The translations under genes and the position numbers were made by a program. Shown here piece after piece: positions 36,981 through 49,782 of a DNA stretch of 64,000 bases. The notes under the pieces are model-generated. The model saw nothing but the letters and a program-made list of their open reading frames with translations, did no database searches and was not told the origin of the DNA. The DNA comes from Rhynchobatus australiae (lineage: Eukaryota): positions 16,909,712-16,973,711 of the forward strand of contig JAUZTB010000057.1 in NCBI GenBank assembly GCA_034780895.1. The letters are read 5' to 3'. The number at the start of each line of letters is the position of its first letter. Positions within the stretch are counted from its first letter, which is position 1.

Positions 36981-37259
36981 TAGATTGTTTTCTCAAAACA
37001 GATGTGATACATTGGGCTGCCTAAAAATGATGAAAGCTTGCACCTGCAAAACCATGATTATTTTGAACAGTTTATGTTGAATTTTTTAAAAAATCTTATG
37101 CTTTATTGCAGAACATTCAATTCAACATTTTTATAACAAGTCACATTATTCCTTTGTCAGTTTTCATTCATTTATAACCATCATGCAATTAGTTCATGGG
37201 GGTTTAAAACACATTTCAATTCATTTGTGTGGAATAGGAGGGTCCTAAACTCTTTACTC

Positions 37260-38420
37260 ATACAGTTCTTTTGTTGCCTGCATACAGCTTCAGCGCTTCT
37301 CTTAGTACAGGACTTTTGAATTTGCTATTTTGCAGCACTCAGTCATGGATGACACCTTGCTCAGGAATACCAGTGAACTTCAGGCAGGTCAATGGATGTC
37401 TTTCACGGCATTGATGGTTTCCCAGCAATAATTGGTATTTGCTTCAGAATTATTTTCCTTCTGCCAGCCTCTTTGCTCCATTTTAAAGGAGACATCACCA
37501 TTACTCTATGCATCCTCTAGGTGTCTCTTACTTCTTTGTACATTGGTACCACTAGATTTGTGGGCTTTGCCTTCCTTGCCCTGCTTCTGAGTCACTTTCA
37601 ATTTCCCCTGCAGCCTCTGGACTGGTTTGGAGGTGGTTAGGGATGTTTGTACCATACTTCAGTTAGCTGTCTTGTTCTGTTTTCTTCTTCCTTCTTTTCT
37701 TTCTCCTTTTCCATTACTTGGGGCTCCTCATTTTGTTTAACAGTGGAGGCAGGAACCTTGCTTTCTATTGGAACCGCTGTTGCTCTCCGTTCCTGCATTT
37801 CTTCTCATTTCACTTGCCTTGTCAAAGCTGTGTTTTTGGTTTGGGCAGGTTTTGTAAAGGTGGCCAGCCTTGTCACACAGGTTGCAGCATTCAGCTCCTT
37901 GGTAGTCAAGTGTTTGGTGCCAATGTCACTTTGGGAGAAATTGCTTCGTGATTTGCCACAGGAAAACCATGCAGCTGTAACATATGTCAATGGAAAAACA
38001 AAGACTAGTGGAATACATCACTATCCTTCTCTGCCCTCAGCCTATCCATATTGCATGCATATCCTTGGTATCTCTGGTTTTCTCTGAGCAACGTGAAGAC
38101 ATCTAGGTCAGAGATATGCAGATTGAATGGATAGACAACAACCATTCATTCTTTTTTTTCCCTGGTAGTAGAAGACAGGCTCGACTCTCAGCGGAAGCAA
38201 GGGTACTTCCTTACAATTGTCCCCAAATGATTTGTGTATCTTCATGCAGCAATCCATTTTCAAAAAGTTTTCAAAATAACCACAACGAGAGAAATCTTGC
38301 AGCAAAAAGTTCTCATCTGGTCTGAAGCCACATGCTCCAAACAACACATTCTTTGTGAAGATTCCTCACTTTCAAGGTTCTTCAGGAATTCATAGTGTAC
38401 AATACGCTCTGGTGGAATAA
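37260..38420 (-). mobile_element. Degenerate L1/Tx1-clade ORF1 (ZCCHC3-like) fossil
   Basis: Intact CCHC knuckle CNLCDKAGHLYKTC at 37886-37845. Upstream lie a CGKS knuckle remnant and an LFGACGF.PDE.F.LQDF...EPVF segment; downstream a Glu/Lys-rich tail. Stops and frameshifts present. Confidence 0.65.
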
Positions 38421-38769
38421 CTCTTATTGCCATGGTATGTTAAGGTTAGATCTCCCACGTTTATGCAGCTCTTGAAAGAACTACCCAATCTTTGGCAGAT
38501 CACAGCCTCTCCCCTAACAAGTAAATATACTATCATCCAAGAAATGAACCAAGGTACAAGAGACCTTTAACAAAAGTATAGAACGTCGCAAATGCGTAAA
38601 TCAGCCAGCATCCTATCTGAACCACTGACTTTCTTTTACAGCTGATATTTGATCTGATGTGCATTTTCAATGTCTCAACACTACATTAGTGTTTAAAGAG
38701 ACTGTAATATTGCAGCTTTTTGGTACAATTGCAACAAGACAACATGCACCACCACCTCTGCAGCACAGG

Positions 38770-39130
38770 CTGCCGAAGCGCGCGCAATCCCTGGCGGGGT
38801 TTCTAAGGCAACCGCCGCGGTGACGTCACGGGCGGGAGGCGCGGCCTGTGGGTGATTGACGCCTGACGTATGGTAAACGGGACAGGTGACGCAGTTGCTG
38901 TTGTGCGGTGGGTTGCGGAATGATGGCGTTGAGCAGTGGTCCGGTCCGGTGGTTGCTGCTGCGCCTGGCGGTGAACACTCGAGCCCTTCTCTCGGCTGCT
39001 TACCACAAGAAGGTGGGGGACGGGCGCGGGGTGGAATTTTTTATCTTGTGTGTGGCAGCGGGTCAGTGGCGACCAAATGCAGGGGGTGATTACACGGGTG
39101 GGGGGTGGTGGTGAGGGCGCTGGGGAGAGT
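38770..39130 (+). promoter_or_regulatory. ISCU CpG-island promoter
   Basis: GCGCGCGC near 38778; perfect CRE palindrome GTGACGTCAC at 38820-38829; GC box GGGCGG at 38830; further TGACG half-sites at 38857, 38864 and 38887. Confidence 0.75.
38920..39012 (+). CDS. ISCU: ISCU exon 1 (presequence ...YHKK)
   Basis: Tandem ATGs at 38920 and 38923, donor AAG|GTGGGG. Confidence 0.88.
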
Positions 39131-42100
39131 GGGAGCCCGTTTTCTGGATCNNNNNNNNNNNNNNNNNNNNNNNNNNNNNNNNNNNNNNNNNNNNNNNNNN
39201 NNNNNNNNNNNNNNNNNNNNNNNNNNNNNGAGGGGGGAGGGTGGGTGGGTGGGGGTGGTGGGGGGGAGGTGAGGTGGTGGTGGCGGCATTAAATGTTGGT
39301 GCTGCCCCTGACTTGAATGTTTGCAGCATCTTGTGTAACGAGGTAAAGCCGGGAGGGAGATGGATGGGTTGATGGGGAAGGTGGAAAGTAAGGACATAAA
39401 TCTAACTGGGGTTAGGGTGACGATTGACTGATGTCTGTGGAGCATGGTCAGCTTAACGGCAAGAGGTCAGAAGTGCTGAGTCATGGGTCATTGAATCGTC
39501 AGACCTTGATGACTGAGCAGTAAATGGAGCTTTGAGACGTGGATATGTACTTGCAGTTTTGTATTAAATTGTACTTTACTGCCTTAAAAATGAGATTGAG
39601 GATATTAGTAACTTTATATCTAGTAGAGAGATAAGAATGATGTTAATATAACTTAGAATAACTCAGTTGTGTTTTATTTGCATATAATCAGGGAATTTTT
39701 TTAAACAAAGTTGCTTGTTTACCTATTAGTTTGCCACTTTTATGTCATGTGTAGGAACTATAAGTGATTAGAAGCTGAAAAAGAAAATTGATGTAGTGGT
39801 GGAATTTTTTGTAATTGATTTTCCCTTAACTTGCAGGTCGTGGACCATTATGAGAATCCCAGAAATGTTGGTTCCTTGGATAAGAATTCAAAAAATGTTG
39901 GGACTGGCCTTGTTGGTGCCCCAGCTTGTGGTGATGTCATGAAGCTACAGGTAAACTATTAACATGCAGAATGTAGTGACTTACTTGTGAATTTCTTAAC
40001 TATGAATTGGTCCTGACTTTAACATAGTTTATGGTTGAGGTATAATAGTTGACCTCTGTTAAATAACCCCAAAGTCCTGCTTGTGATTTGCTACCCAAAG
40101 AATTCTACTGCAAAGTATACAATGGGTATAAATAAAATCTTCATTTAAATAGTCCAGATAGACCTAGACAGTTACTGCTGGTATTTGAAGACCAGTGTCA
40201 AATGGCATTTCAAGCTATTTGTGCAACTGATGTGTTCTGCAGTGCCATCTAATCTAATGTGACTGACCTGGAGTTCCTTCCATTTTTTAAAAAAAAAGTC
40301 ATTTCCTAATCTAGTTACTGCACATGGTTTTTTTTTCTAGCCAGTGGTCAGGCTTTGAAGGATTTTTGGAGTAGTTCTCCAAGCCATTAAACTGACTTGA
40401 GAAAAGATGTGATGAGGGGAGACTGCAGTATGTCAAAGAACTTTACAGGCTATTTCCCAGCCAACTCCCTTGCATTGCACATTAGAATATTTGCAGCAAT
40501 TACTCCAAGTTAATATCCCCCCCCAAAAAAAATTGTGACTGAAATGTTACTCAGTGAAAGCAAAGATTTCAAATCATTTTCATTTACTTTCTCTTCCAAG
40601 ATTGAAGTGGATGATGATGGAAAAATTATTGATGCGAGATTTAAAACATTTGGATGTGGATCAGCAATTGCTTCCAGCTCTCTGGCAACAGAATGGGTGA
40701 AAGGAAAAACGGTAAAGATACCATTTTCAAAATATAACTCTTGACATTGTTTGTCTGGAATACTTCAACAAAAATATATTGGAAGGAATGTTTGCTTAAA
40801 ATAAAACACCATTAAAGCACCAAAGTTGATCACTGAGATTTCTAAATGGCCACAAAATTTCTTTCCTTCCAACAGAATATTTACATGAGCAGATACCCTC
40901 TTTTCCTCCCTCTTGAACTTTATCCAGCAACCCATGCAAATATGTTGTATGATTGAGGCTTTGCACCATTGAATTCATGGTTGTATGGTAGGAAGAGGGA
41001 CTACATAAAATTGAATACAATATAGAAAAACAGCTGTATCATAGAAGGTAAACTATCTAATTTTCAGGAATTGCTATCGATCAGAAACTTCCAAAATTTG
41101 GAAACTTCCAAAAACTAATAGTAACAAACGGAAAAGGTGCTTCTGTGGCACTGATGTTAGCCAGAGATATTTTATTCTGATGGAAATTTGCATTCTGGTA
41201 GATTGAGACTAATCTTGGCGTATATGCCATTGCTCTGTACCTTGGGTGGCATGGTATTATATCAAATATCAGATGTTTCTGCTGCAGGTTTTAAAATTTG
41301 TATAGCAATATTGTTTGTGCCTCATTATTATGCCTGGTTTGAAGAAATTGTCATTGGCTTTCACTTAATGACAGGTGGATGAAGCCTCGAAGATCAAGAA
41401 TACAGATATTGCGAAGGAGCTCTGCCTTCCTCCAGTCAAACTGCATTGCTCAAGTAAGTCTGGGTTTATTTCATAGTGATGGAAAGCACAGCAAACTTAC
41501 CAACTAATTTGAATTTCTGTAGACTTCTTGGGGGGGGGGGGGGAGGAGGAGCAATCTTATTGAGATATGCAGGTTCTGAGAGAAGTTATAAGGGTAAATG
41601 CTGTTTTTCTTTCCCCCTCTTAACTGCATACTTTTGAGAGCATAATCTCAGATCAATCATTTAGGAATGAGACAAAAATCTGCAGACCTCATTAAACTTA
41701 AGCCTTCAAGATGGCAGCACATCTTTGGGCTGTGATTTGATTCATTTTTGGACTTGGTATATGCCATTCAGACAGGAAATAGACTTCAGGCAATAATCAG
41801 CCATGATCTTCAAGACTGAGCATAAACATTTGAGTATTTTCACTACATCTCTTGGCATTCTCATGATTTTTGTCAAAACACTAGTAAAGGATCTTACTTT
41901 CCATGTTCCACCAGTACAGACTTTGCCATAAAGCTATGCAGACCACAAACAAATATAGGAAAAGGTTAAATGAAGTATTATCAGTACAAACCTGAAAGGG
42001 CGATTGGGACGTTTTATCATTGGGTGCAAGATTGAAACATTGGGATCAACTGGAAACTAATGCAGATGCTGAAAAGTCCTTAATAGTTATAAGAAATTCA

Positions 42101-42746
42101 GCAACTTGAAATTACTCTTAACAGATGACTTTTGTATATTCTTTTTCAAAGAAGTTGAGTTCAATTTCAATAAAAAAATTATTCAGATTTATAAAGCATT
42201 TACTTATTGTTGCTATTGATTAACTTTTGAATGTTGATGAGAAAATAGTTTTAAGTTGTTATAACTGAGTTTGTATCTCATACTGTGTTCCTGAGTAATT
42301 TAAGTAATAGTACCATCATTTGTGAATCAGTAGCTTGTGTATTCAAGACCCACTTCAGCACTTCACATTGCTGGCTAACTTTTCAGTGTAATACTCTTTC
42401 CTCTTATGTAAAGATAAATCAGACTTTTATTCTCAAACTCTGCATCTTCCCAAATGGTACAAATTGGTTCTTGAATGAAAGCTAGAAAAAGCTTTGTTTA
42501 TTCACACTGTACTTTCAGTACCTGCTTGATTTTTATTTAGACACATAACCATTCTACTATTGTTCCTTCAAAATATATAGATTGGAATTGAGGGCTATGG
42601 AAGTGGGTTCAGTTGAGATGTTTGCTAATATCTTCAAGTAAATGTTTGAACTTAAAAACACATTTAATTGTTCTTTTGTTTCAGTGTTGGCAGAAGATGC
42701 GATTAAAGCTGCTCTGGCTGACTACAAAGTGAAACAACAAAAGTGA
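38920..42746 (+). CDS. ISCU: ISCU, mitochondrial iron-sulfur cluster scaffold (complete, 5 exons, 152 aa)
   Basis: Exons 38920-39012, 39837-39950, 40601-40711, 41375-41453 and 42685-42746 splice to 459 nt. Motifs: [47 protein letters not shown]. The N-terminus is Arg/Leu-rich with no acidic residues, like a mitochondrial presequence. Confidence 0.98.
39837..39950 (+). CDS. ISCU: ISCU exon 2 ([10 protein letters not shown]...CGDVMKLQ)
   Basis: 114 nt, TTGCAG| and |GTAAAC. Confidence 0.97.
40601..40711 (+). CDS. ISCU: ISCU exon 3 ([25 protein letters not shown]...GKT)
   Basis: 111 nt, TCCAAG| and |GTAAAG. Confidence 0.97.
41375..41453 (+). CDS. ISCU: ISCU exon 4 ([26 protein letters not shown])
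   Basis: 79 nt, TGACAG| and |GTAAGT. Confidence 0.97.
42685..42746 (+). CDS. ISCU: ISCU exon 5 coding part ([19 protein letters not shown])
   Basis: TTTCAG| acceptor, TGA at 42744-42746; AATAAA at 42904 and 43089. Confidence 0.96.
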
Positions 42747-43624
42747 AAGGATTACAACTAGAAACTAAAAATATGCTTTTCCAAAACTGTTAATGAAGAT
42801 GTAACTAATAGAGTAGTGTAGTTCTGTAGTGGAATTTCAAAGTAAGCAGAAAAAATACATTTAGTCTTTCACTGTAAGAAAGGAGACAGAAAGCCATCAG
42901 TATAATAAATTGACTCATCTGTGATATTCTGTTTGTGCCTTAATTTTATGGATTATAGAAAATATTTTGGGAGGGTGCTTGGCTTTTTGAACTATAAATA
43001 TGGGTATAAACATCACATTCATTGTATTATGGTCTTGTATGATATGTACAAATGTAGTCATATTGATTCTAGGTTTTCTTTGGATTTCAATAAAATCAAG
43101 TGTGAGCTGATTTCTAAACTGATTCAGAGCCCACAGCTGTCCAACTCTTTTGGTTAAGTTTCTTCAAAGATCATCTGTGGAGTGAGAACGGAAACAAGTC
43201 AAGTCAATATATATCGCGCCCAGCTCCATTTGCACCTTCTACAATGAAATTAATAGCATAAGTTTTTATTACTTAATTTAAAGCAATTAACCAAAAATAA
43301 TATGCTGATTTGATTGATGTTACGTGATTTTGCTCACCTATGGAAGTTTAGCTGAAATGCTTAGTGACTATTTGAGTAGCAGCAAATTATGAATGTTTGT
43401 CCAAATAGAAACTGGACAACCAAGAATCTTGTTTAATCTATAGCATTAAAAATGCAGACAAATGATTTTTTTCAAGTCATTAATGAAGTTTTAATGTAAA
43501 AGAATTCCTCACTGATCTCAAGACTCCACTTATTTGTTTTAAATCTCATTATTGGTAAACAACAACCTGTAAATCAGNNNNNNNNNNNNNTTGTTCTTTG
43601 ATTTTTGTCTAAAGGACTACATTA

Positions 43625-44040
43625 AAGGTCAAGTTTATTGTCATCTGCTCAAGTACCTATATGCAGAGGTGCAATGAAAATGCTTAGCTGATAGATTCAC
43701 AGGAAAATAAGTTATACATAATTTTTACAAGAAAGAACACAAATAGAGCAAAAAAAAATTCCATTTTAGTGCACAGTGGTCCTTGTGTTGCTATACTGAG
43801 CTAGTGATTAGGGTTGTGCAACTTCATTCATGGTTGAATGGAAGTAGCTATTTCTGAACCTGGTAGTGCAGGACTTGAGGCTTCTGGACGTCCTTGATGG
43901 TAGCTGTGAGAAGATGGCATAGCCCAGATAGTGAGGATGGACACTGCCATCTTGAGGCAGTGCCTTGTGTAGATATTTCTTATGGTGGGAGGGATGTGCT
44001 GGTGATACATTGGGCTGAGTCCACTGCACAGGATCTTGTT
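43625..44040 (-). mobile_element. Rex1/Babar LINE 3' fragment
   Basis: HYLGYAIFSQLPSRTSRSLKSCTTRFRNSYF. Confidence 0.7.
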
Positions 44041-44749
44041 GATTGTCAAACAAATTACCTAAGATTGCTTTTCTCTGCTTCAAACTCCTTATCCCTGTAT
44101 CTGCCACCCTTGTATCCATGTTTGAGATGTTCATAAACTATCTTGTCACTAAGATTGAGACTATTTGATTAGCTGCCTTTGCCCCTTTCAATGAGCTCGA
44201 CATGTCTGAGATCCATTTCTCGACCCTTCTGTCCTACTTCCACTATTGTTAACCACCCAGCTTCTCTTTCTAGTATGTATTCTTTTCAGGCTTCTGTCTT
44301 CTAAAGAACTGTATCAAGTTCTGGGATTGCTCTGATCTGTTTTATGACATTTGGCCCATATGAGTCCATGCTAGGTCCTGGCAAAGCCATCTCTCTCCCC
44401 TCTGCAACTCCCCTTTGATTTTTTTTTGCTACTTTTCCACTGTAAGGGATAATTTATTGCAGTCAAGCCTAGCAGCAAAGCTTGTGAGGAATTTGGTGTA
44501 ACTGCTTGAAGCAGGGAGAATGTGTAAACAAGCAACACCTGAGGCCAGGATCCTCCCTGACTGGCTCCCTGGAGCAACACTAACTGCTACACTACTGTGC
44601 TGTCTCTCAAAAACAACTCAACTCTTCTGTCCTTGCAAGCAATACCCCACATATAATTTCCTTGTTGCTGTATATCAATGGTCTATTACATGCCCTAAGA
44701 TAAATTATAGATCCTTATATAATACTATGTGGTAATCGTGTGGAATTTC

Positions 44750-45090
44750 TGAAATGGATTTAAGAGGGTAGATGCTATGAGTCTGTTTCCTCCACTGGAT
44801 TTACTCTAACTGGTGAACATGATCTCAGGAGAAAGGGTCAGACTAAGGTGAAGAGAATTCTTTCTACATAGAGGCTTGTAAAACCTCAGAATTCCTACCT
44901 CCCTGAAGGAAGGTGGATGCTCAGTCTTAGACTATTCAAGGCTGAGAATGATTTTTGGACACTAAAGGAATCAAGATATGGTGCTTGGCAGAAAAGTGGA
45001 TTTGAGATACAAGATTAGCCATGATCTTATTGAATAGCAGTGCAGGCATGAGGTGCTGAGTGATCTGACAGCTTCCAGTTTCTCTTATGT
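44750..45090 (+). mobile_element. Degenerate CR1 3' fragment
   Basis: Resembles other CR1 3' ends (GATTAGCCATGATCTTATTGAATAGC). Confidence 0.55.
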
Positions 45091-46049
45091 TTTCTCTAAC
45101 AGTCGTATCAACAGCGTTGGGAGGAGGGGAGAGCGCAAACCTGATGAGTAAAAGAGAAATTATGTCTATGTGAAGGCCATATTTAAGAGAAGTAAAGACT
45201 CAGAGGGAAAGGAACTAGGAATAAAATGTATTACAGATCCTTATGGATTTATTGGATCTATCATTCATAATGACAGAAATGTTGCTGTAGCAGTGGTGCC
45301 TGAACCAAACTTGACCAAAATTTCAGCCCAGCATGCCATGAGGAAGCAAAGAACTTTATGATTTGACTGTAGACTAAATTTTTTCTGAAAGCATCAGTGA
45401 CAAAGACTTGAGATAAACCCAAGGACGCATTTATCTGCTTTCACCACAGATATTCTATAATGTAATTGGCCACAGAATTTTCAAGTCAACAGATAAGTGT
45501 TCGCAAGAGTAAGGACTTTACAAGGTGCTGATAAGCCCAGAGTTCTTCCTCAACAAGATCCTTTTCTGTCAAAATTTATAACAAAGAAATTAAGACATTC
45601 ACGGACATACTGTATATAGACCTATTTGGACACATGGTACCTCTGAGAGGAAGAGGTTGGTATCATCACAGGTGTGACTTTTGTATTATAAAGAGTTTTA
45701 GGGCAACTTACAATGAAACTGCTAACAGGATTAATCAACTGTACAGATGGGACAAAGTTCCTTTGAGTGTGAGAGTTGTCTTCAGAGTCATAGTGGTAGA
45801 GAAGTACATGTAAGTTGAAGATATATTTCAGAGCTAAAGCTCTGTTATATATAAAACAAAGAGTTCATGTCAGTTCACAGCATTTTGAAGTTTTTTATAT
45901 TAACTTCTTTTGCAATTTCTTGAAATTGTTAAATTTTCATTGTGCTTTATATTAATCTGCCTATATAGTCATAGTTCACTAGGCATGCAAATTTGAAATT
46001 GTGTACTGTATATAAACATTCAAGCCATTAATACATATTAAGATAAATA

Positions 46050-46900
46050 GTGGGTCCTAGCACTGATATCTGGAGAGCTCCACTGGATACTTCACTGCTG
46101 TTCTATGTTTTCTGTTACTTAGACAATTTTCTATCCATGCTACCACAGCCCCTTCTCATAAGTATACGGCATCTTATCAAGTGCCTTTTAGAAGTTCATG
46201 TGCGGCACACCAAACTCATTGGCCTCATCAACCCTTTCTGTTGCTTTATCAAAAACGCTATCATTAGTAATTTGCCTTTTACAGGTCCATACTGGCTTTT
46301 TCTGTTTATTTCATACTTGTTCAAGCAACTGCTAATTGTGTCTCTGACTATTTCTAGAACTTTCCCTACCACCAAGGTTAAATTGACTGGTCTACAGCAA
46401 CTGAGTTTATCCCTTGCAATTCACTCCAGAACCACCCCTAAATCTATATGTTCAGAAGGTTATGGTGAGGACCTCTGCAATTTCCTTACTTCCTTCAGCA
46501 ATCTAGGATACATCCCATCTGGACCAGGTAATGTATCCACTTTAAGCTAGACTTCTTGGTAATCAATTTTTATCCCATCCAGAATCTCGACCACATCTTT
46601 GTTTGCTGAGCATCATTTTCTTCCTTAGTGAGGACTGATGTGGAATATTTATTCAGTTCCTCAGTAACGCCTCCAATCTCCATGACTACATTTCCTACTT
46701 GGCTTCTGATAGGACACAGCTCTCCTCTGACAGCTATTTCCCTGTTCGCATACCTGAAGAATTGTTGGATTCCTCTTTATGTTTATGGCCAGTCTTTTCT
46801 CGTGTTCTCTCTTTTTATGTTTCTTTTTTTCACTTTTGCATTGAACTTCAAATAATCAGACTGGTTCTAATCTGTGTTAACTTCTGTTATAAAAGAGCTA
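46050..46900 (-). mobile_element. Old CR1-like LINE remnant
   Basis: Minus-strand F*KALDK and CRPVNLTLVVGKVLEI RT motifs. Confidence 0.6.
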
Positions 46901-47949
46901 TACAGTCTCTCTGAAGTTTTACACTGAAGACATAATGCAGTAGTTCTCAACATTGAAAGTTAACTGCACTGTGTAATGGGGTAAAAAACAATACACCAGG
47001 TCTGAACAGGATTTTCAGAGCTCTGCTAATTTTTAGTACCAAACAAAGCAAACAGACATCGGATTTAAAAAGTTAGTCTTTGTACTAAGCACATATATTT
47101 AAGTTATCTACAATGCATGTATGTTATTTGCAGTGTATGCAACTTAGTAGCATCTGACAATGAAACACCATTCTCATTAGCATAGGCTTCTGGTCAGCTT
47201 GTAATATACAACTGTAAAATACTGCTGAGTCATTATCAGTGACTGATGCACACTCGCTTTGTACCTTGCCTTGTCAGTGCTTGTACTCCAGCTTAAGTTT
47301 ACATGTAAATCATCAAATATGGTTCAGTTTTCAGTTACCCAAATGCTAATGTTAAAATGCAGCATTCACGGCACCTTTAGGTGCCACCATAAGCACCATT
47401 AAATATATTTTATGCATTGACTGAATATTGAAAGTTACTTGGAAGAAGTCATGTCAATCAATGTGCACAGTTTGCCAGTAATACTGAACTATTCCGCCAA
47501 GGACATCACTACAGCTGTGAAACGGCCAATGAGACCTTTCAAAAGAGTCCATATCAGCTTCAGCCAAAAAGGAAGCAACAGTTTACTTAGAAATGGATGA
47601 AATTCTGGTGCATAGGACCTGTATATCAAAAGAATGTACCATTGAAGAGTTAAGGTGAGTCCTTGCAATGCATGTTATACTGCAGAAAAAGTGCCTAAGA
47701 ATGGACCACAGTTCACTTGACATTTAATTTAGATCTCTCTGCAATGTAATGATAATAAGCATTTCTTGACGTATCATCCTCCTTGCAATTGGGCAGTAGA
47801 AAGATTTGTACATAGAGTCAGACAGCACGGAAACAGGCCCTTGTGCTAAAAGAAGGTTTGGAAATACAAGTGTAAGGATATCTCTTATGGGTCATGTTTG
47901 TATTAAAATAATGTGTGGGACTGAGAGCTCAGAATCTAAGTTGTACCTT

Positions 47950-48540
47950 GAGGTAATCAGTGTTTGGGGCCCAGCTGTTCACAGTTTATACAGTTTGGTT
48001 GAGGGAGCCAAATGTCATATTTCTAAATTTACTGATGATACAAATCTAGATGGGCTTGTGAGAAAAAGGGAGTATGTAAATATGCTTCAAATTGATCTAG
48101 ACAAATTAAGCGGGTGAGCTAGAACAAGATAGATGGAATATATTGGTGAGAAATGTGAGAGATTGTATGTATTCTCCAGAGTTTAGGAAAATGAGTGGTG
48201 ATCTCATTGGATCATACGGTGAATGCAGGGAGGGGGTACCCCCAGTTCAGATGCTTAAAACCACAGCTCATGATATCAGAATAAGGGATAGGTTACGTAG
48301 AACGGGGAGAATTTTCTTCACAGAGGGTGGTGAATCATTGAAATTCTCTATCCTGGAGGGTTGTAGGGATTCAGTCATTCAGTTCATTCAAACAAAAGGT
48401 TAATTGATTCCTGGATATGAAGGGAATTGAGGGATATGGGCATAAGGTATGAAAGTAGCATTTAAGTATCAGTTATGATCTTGATGAATGGTCGGAGGCG
48501 ATGGAAGCAAGTACTCTCACAACATTTAAGGAGAATTTAA
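47950..48540 (+). mobile_element. Degenerate CR1 LINE
   Basis: ISKFTDDTNL...LQIDLDKL RT motif plus 3' remnant. Confidence 0.65.
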
Positions 48541-48605
48541 ATTGTTACGAGTCAAGTTGCTGTTTGGTGAATGTCCCTTTAAGGCACCTGGACAGTAGAG
48601 TAGTA

Positions 48606-48633
48606 GTGTGTGTGTGTGTGTGTGTGTGTGGTG
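48606..48633. repeat. (GT)n microsatellite
   Basis: Run of GT dinucleotides. Confidence 0.85.
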
Positions 48634-49102
48634 TCATCAGGACAGCAAGGTTACAACATGCTGATGGTTTAGCTCAGTGAATCGAAGGGAGTCAGAGAAC
48701 AAGGAGAGAGAGCACTGACTGCTGGTCTCTGTATCGATGGATGAAGAACAATAGCTGTGTCTGTCAGTACAATCCACGTATGGATTTTTGGAGCAATCAA
48801 GTGGAGTCCACTTTGTTGTTAACCTGTAGTGGGAAACAGGTATTTGTGTGGGTGGCCACATATCAAATGCCTTTCGGAATGGCAGACAGTTCAGAACAAA
48901 GCAATGGAGATCATTAGTGATTAAGGTGTCATATGGGTTCCATTGTGGAACATGTGGATTTTGTAATTTCTCTCTACATTCTCTCTATGTTTTGTCTTCA
49001 GTCAACAGTGGTTTTTCAAAAGCCTTTGCTCACCTTTCACCTTATGACTTGCTGAACTGAACTTTGAAAACGACTTGGGGGGGGGTGTGGTTTGGGAATT
49101 TG

Positions 49103-49128
49103 CCACACACACACACACACACACACAC
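49103..49128. repeat. (CA)n microsatellite
   Basis: Run of CA dinucleotides. Confidence 0.85.
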
Positions 49129-49710
49129 TTTGAGTTTAGTTTTGGGGATTATGTTTGATATCTAATGTTTTTACTTTTATTATTACAAGTAGTTATTAAT
49201 AAAATAGTTTTTAAACACTTGTACATGGCTTGGTGTGTTTCTATTGTTGCTGGTACGTAACAAAATGAACATCTGAAACACCTTGACATAGATGTTGTGG
49301 TTTGAGTGTTGGGAAATTGAATTAGAATACACAACACAGATATGTTGAGTCAAAGGGCCCGTTCCTGTGCTTTATGACTCTGTGACATTACTCTGAAATC
49401 TGAAGGATGAAATGGCCAAGTCCTGCTCCAGATTCTTATATGTTGTGTTCATATGCACCAGGGCAAACTCAATTCTGGTACCTCTTTAGCCAATCTGGTT
49501 CTCTCCAATGGTCTCAAAAACCTACTGTTAGTTGAATGCTACTGATCTCAGCTGCAGAAGCACTGGTCAAAATTTGCTATATTCATTCCATGCAACAACG
49601 CAGGCTGTGTCTTATGGGGGCAGTATTAATATTAATTTCATACTTACTGCTTACAAAATACACTGTATCGTCTTTAAGTAGGATAAACGAGAAAGCATCG
49701 TCGTGCTCAG

Positions 49711-49782
49711 TCCTCGTTAGTATAGTGGTTAGTATCCCCGCCTGTCACGCGGGAGACCGGGGTTCAATTCCCCGACGGGGAG
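49711..49782 (+). tRNA. tRNA-Asp (GTC)
   Basis: TCCTCGTTAGTATAGTGG...CTGTCACGC...GGTTCAATTCCCCGACGGGGAG, 72 nt, canonical vertebrate tRNA-Asp; TTTTT terminator at 49792. Confidence 0.97.

Noticed and set aside
37647-38087. 146-aa plus-strand ORF between SART3 and ISCU
   Set aside because: Antisense shadow of the Tx1-like ORF1 fossil; no ATG start and no recognisable protein.
42744-42761. ISCU TGA followed by a short in-frame extension (KDYN*)
   Set aside because: No readthrough context (not TGA-CTA) and no SECIS recognised.
47533-47654. Peptide TVYLEMDEILVH resembling the FCP1/SCP phosphatase DLDETLVH motif, followed by AAG|GTGAGT
   Set aside because: Catalytic Asp absent, upstream in-frame stop, no clear acceptor and no further matching exons; likely chance.
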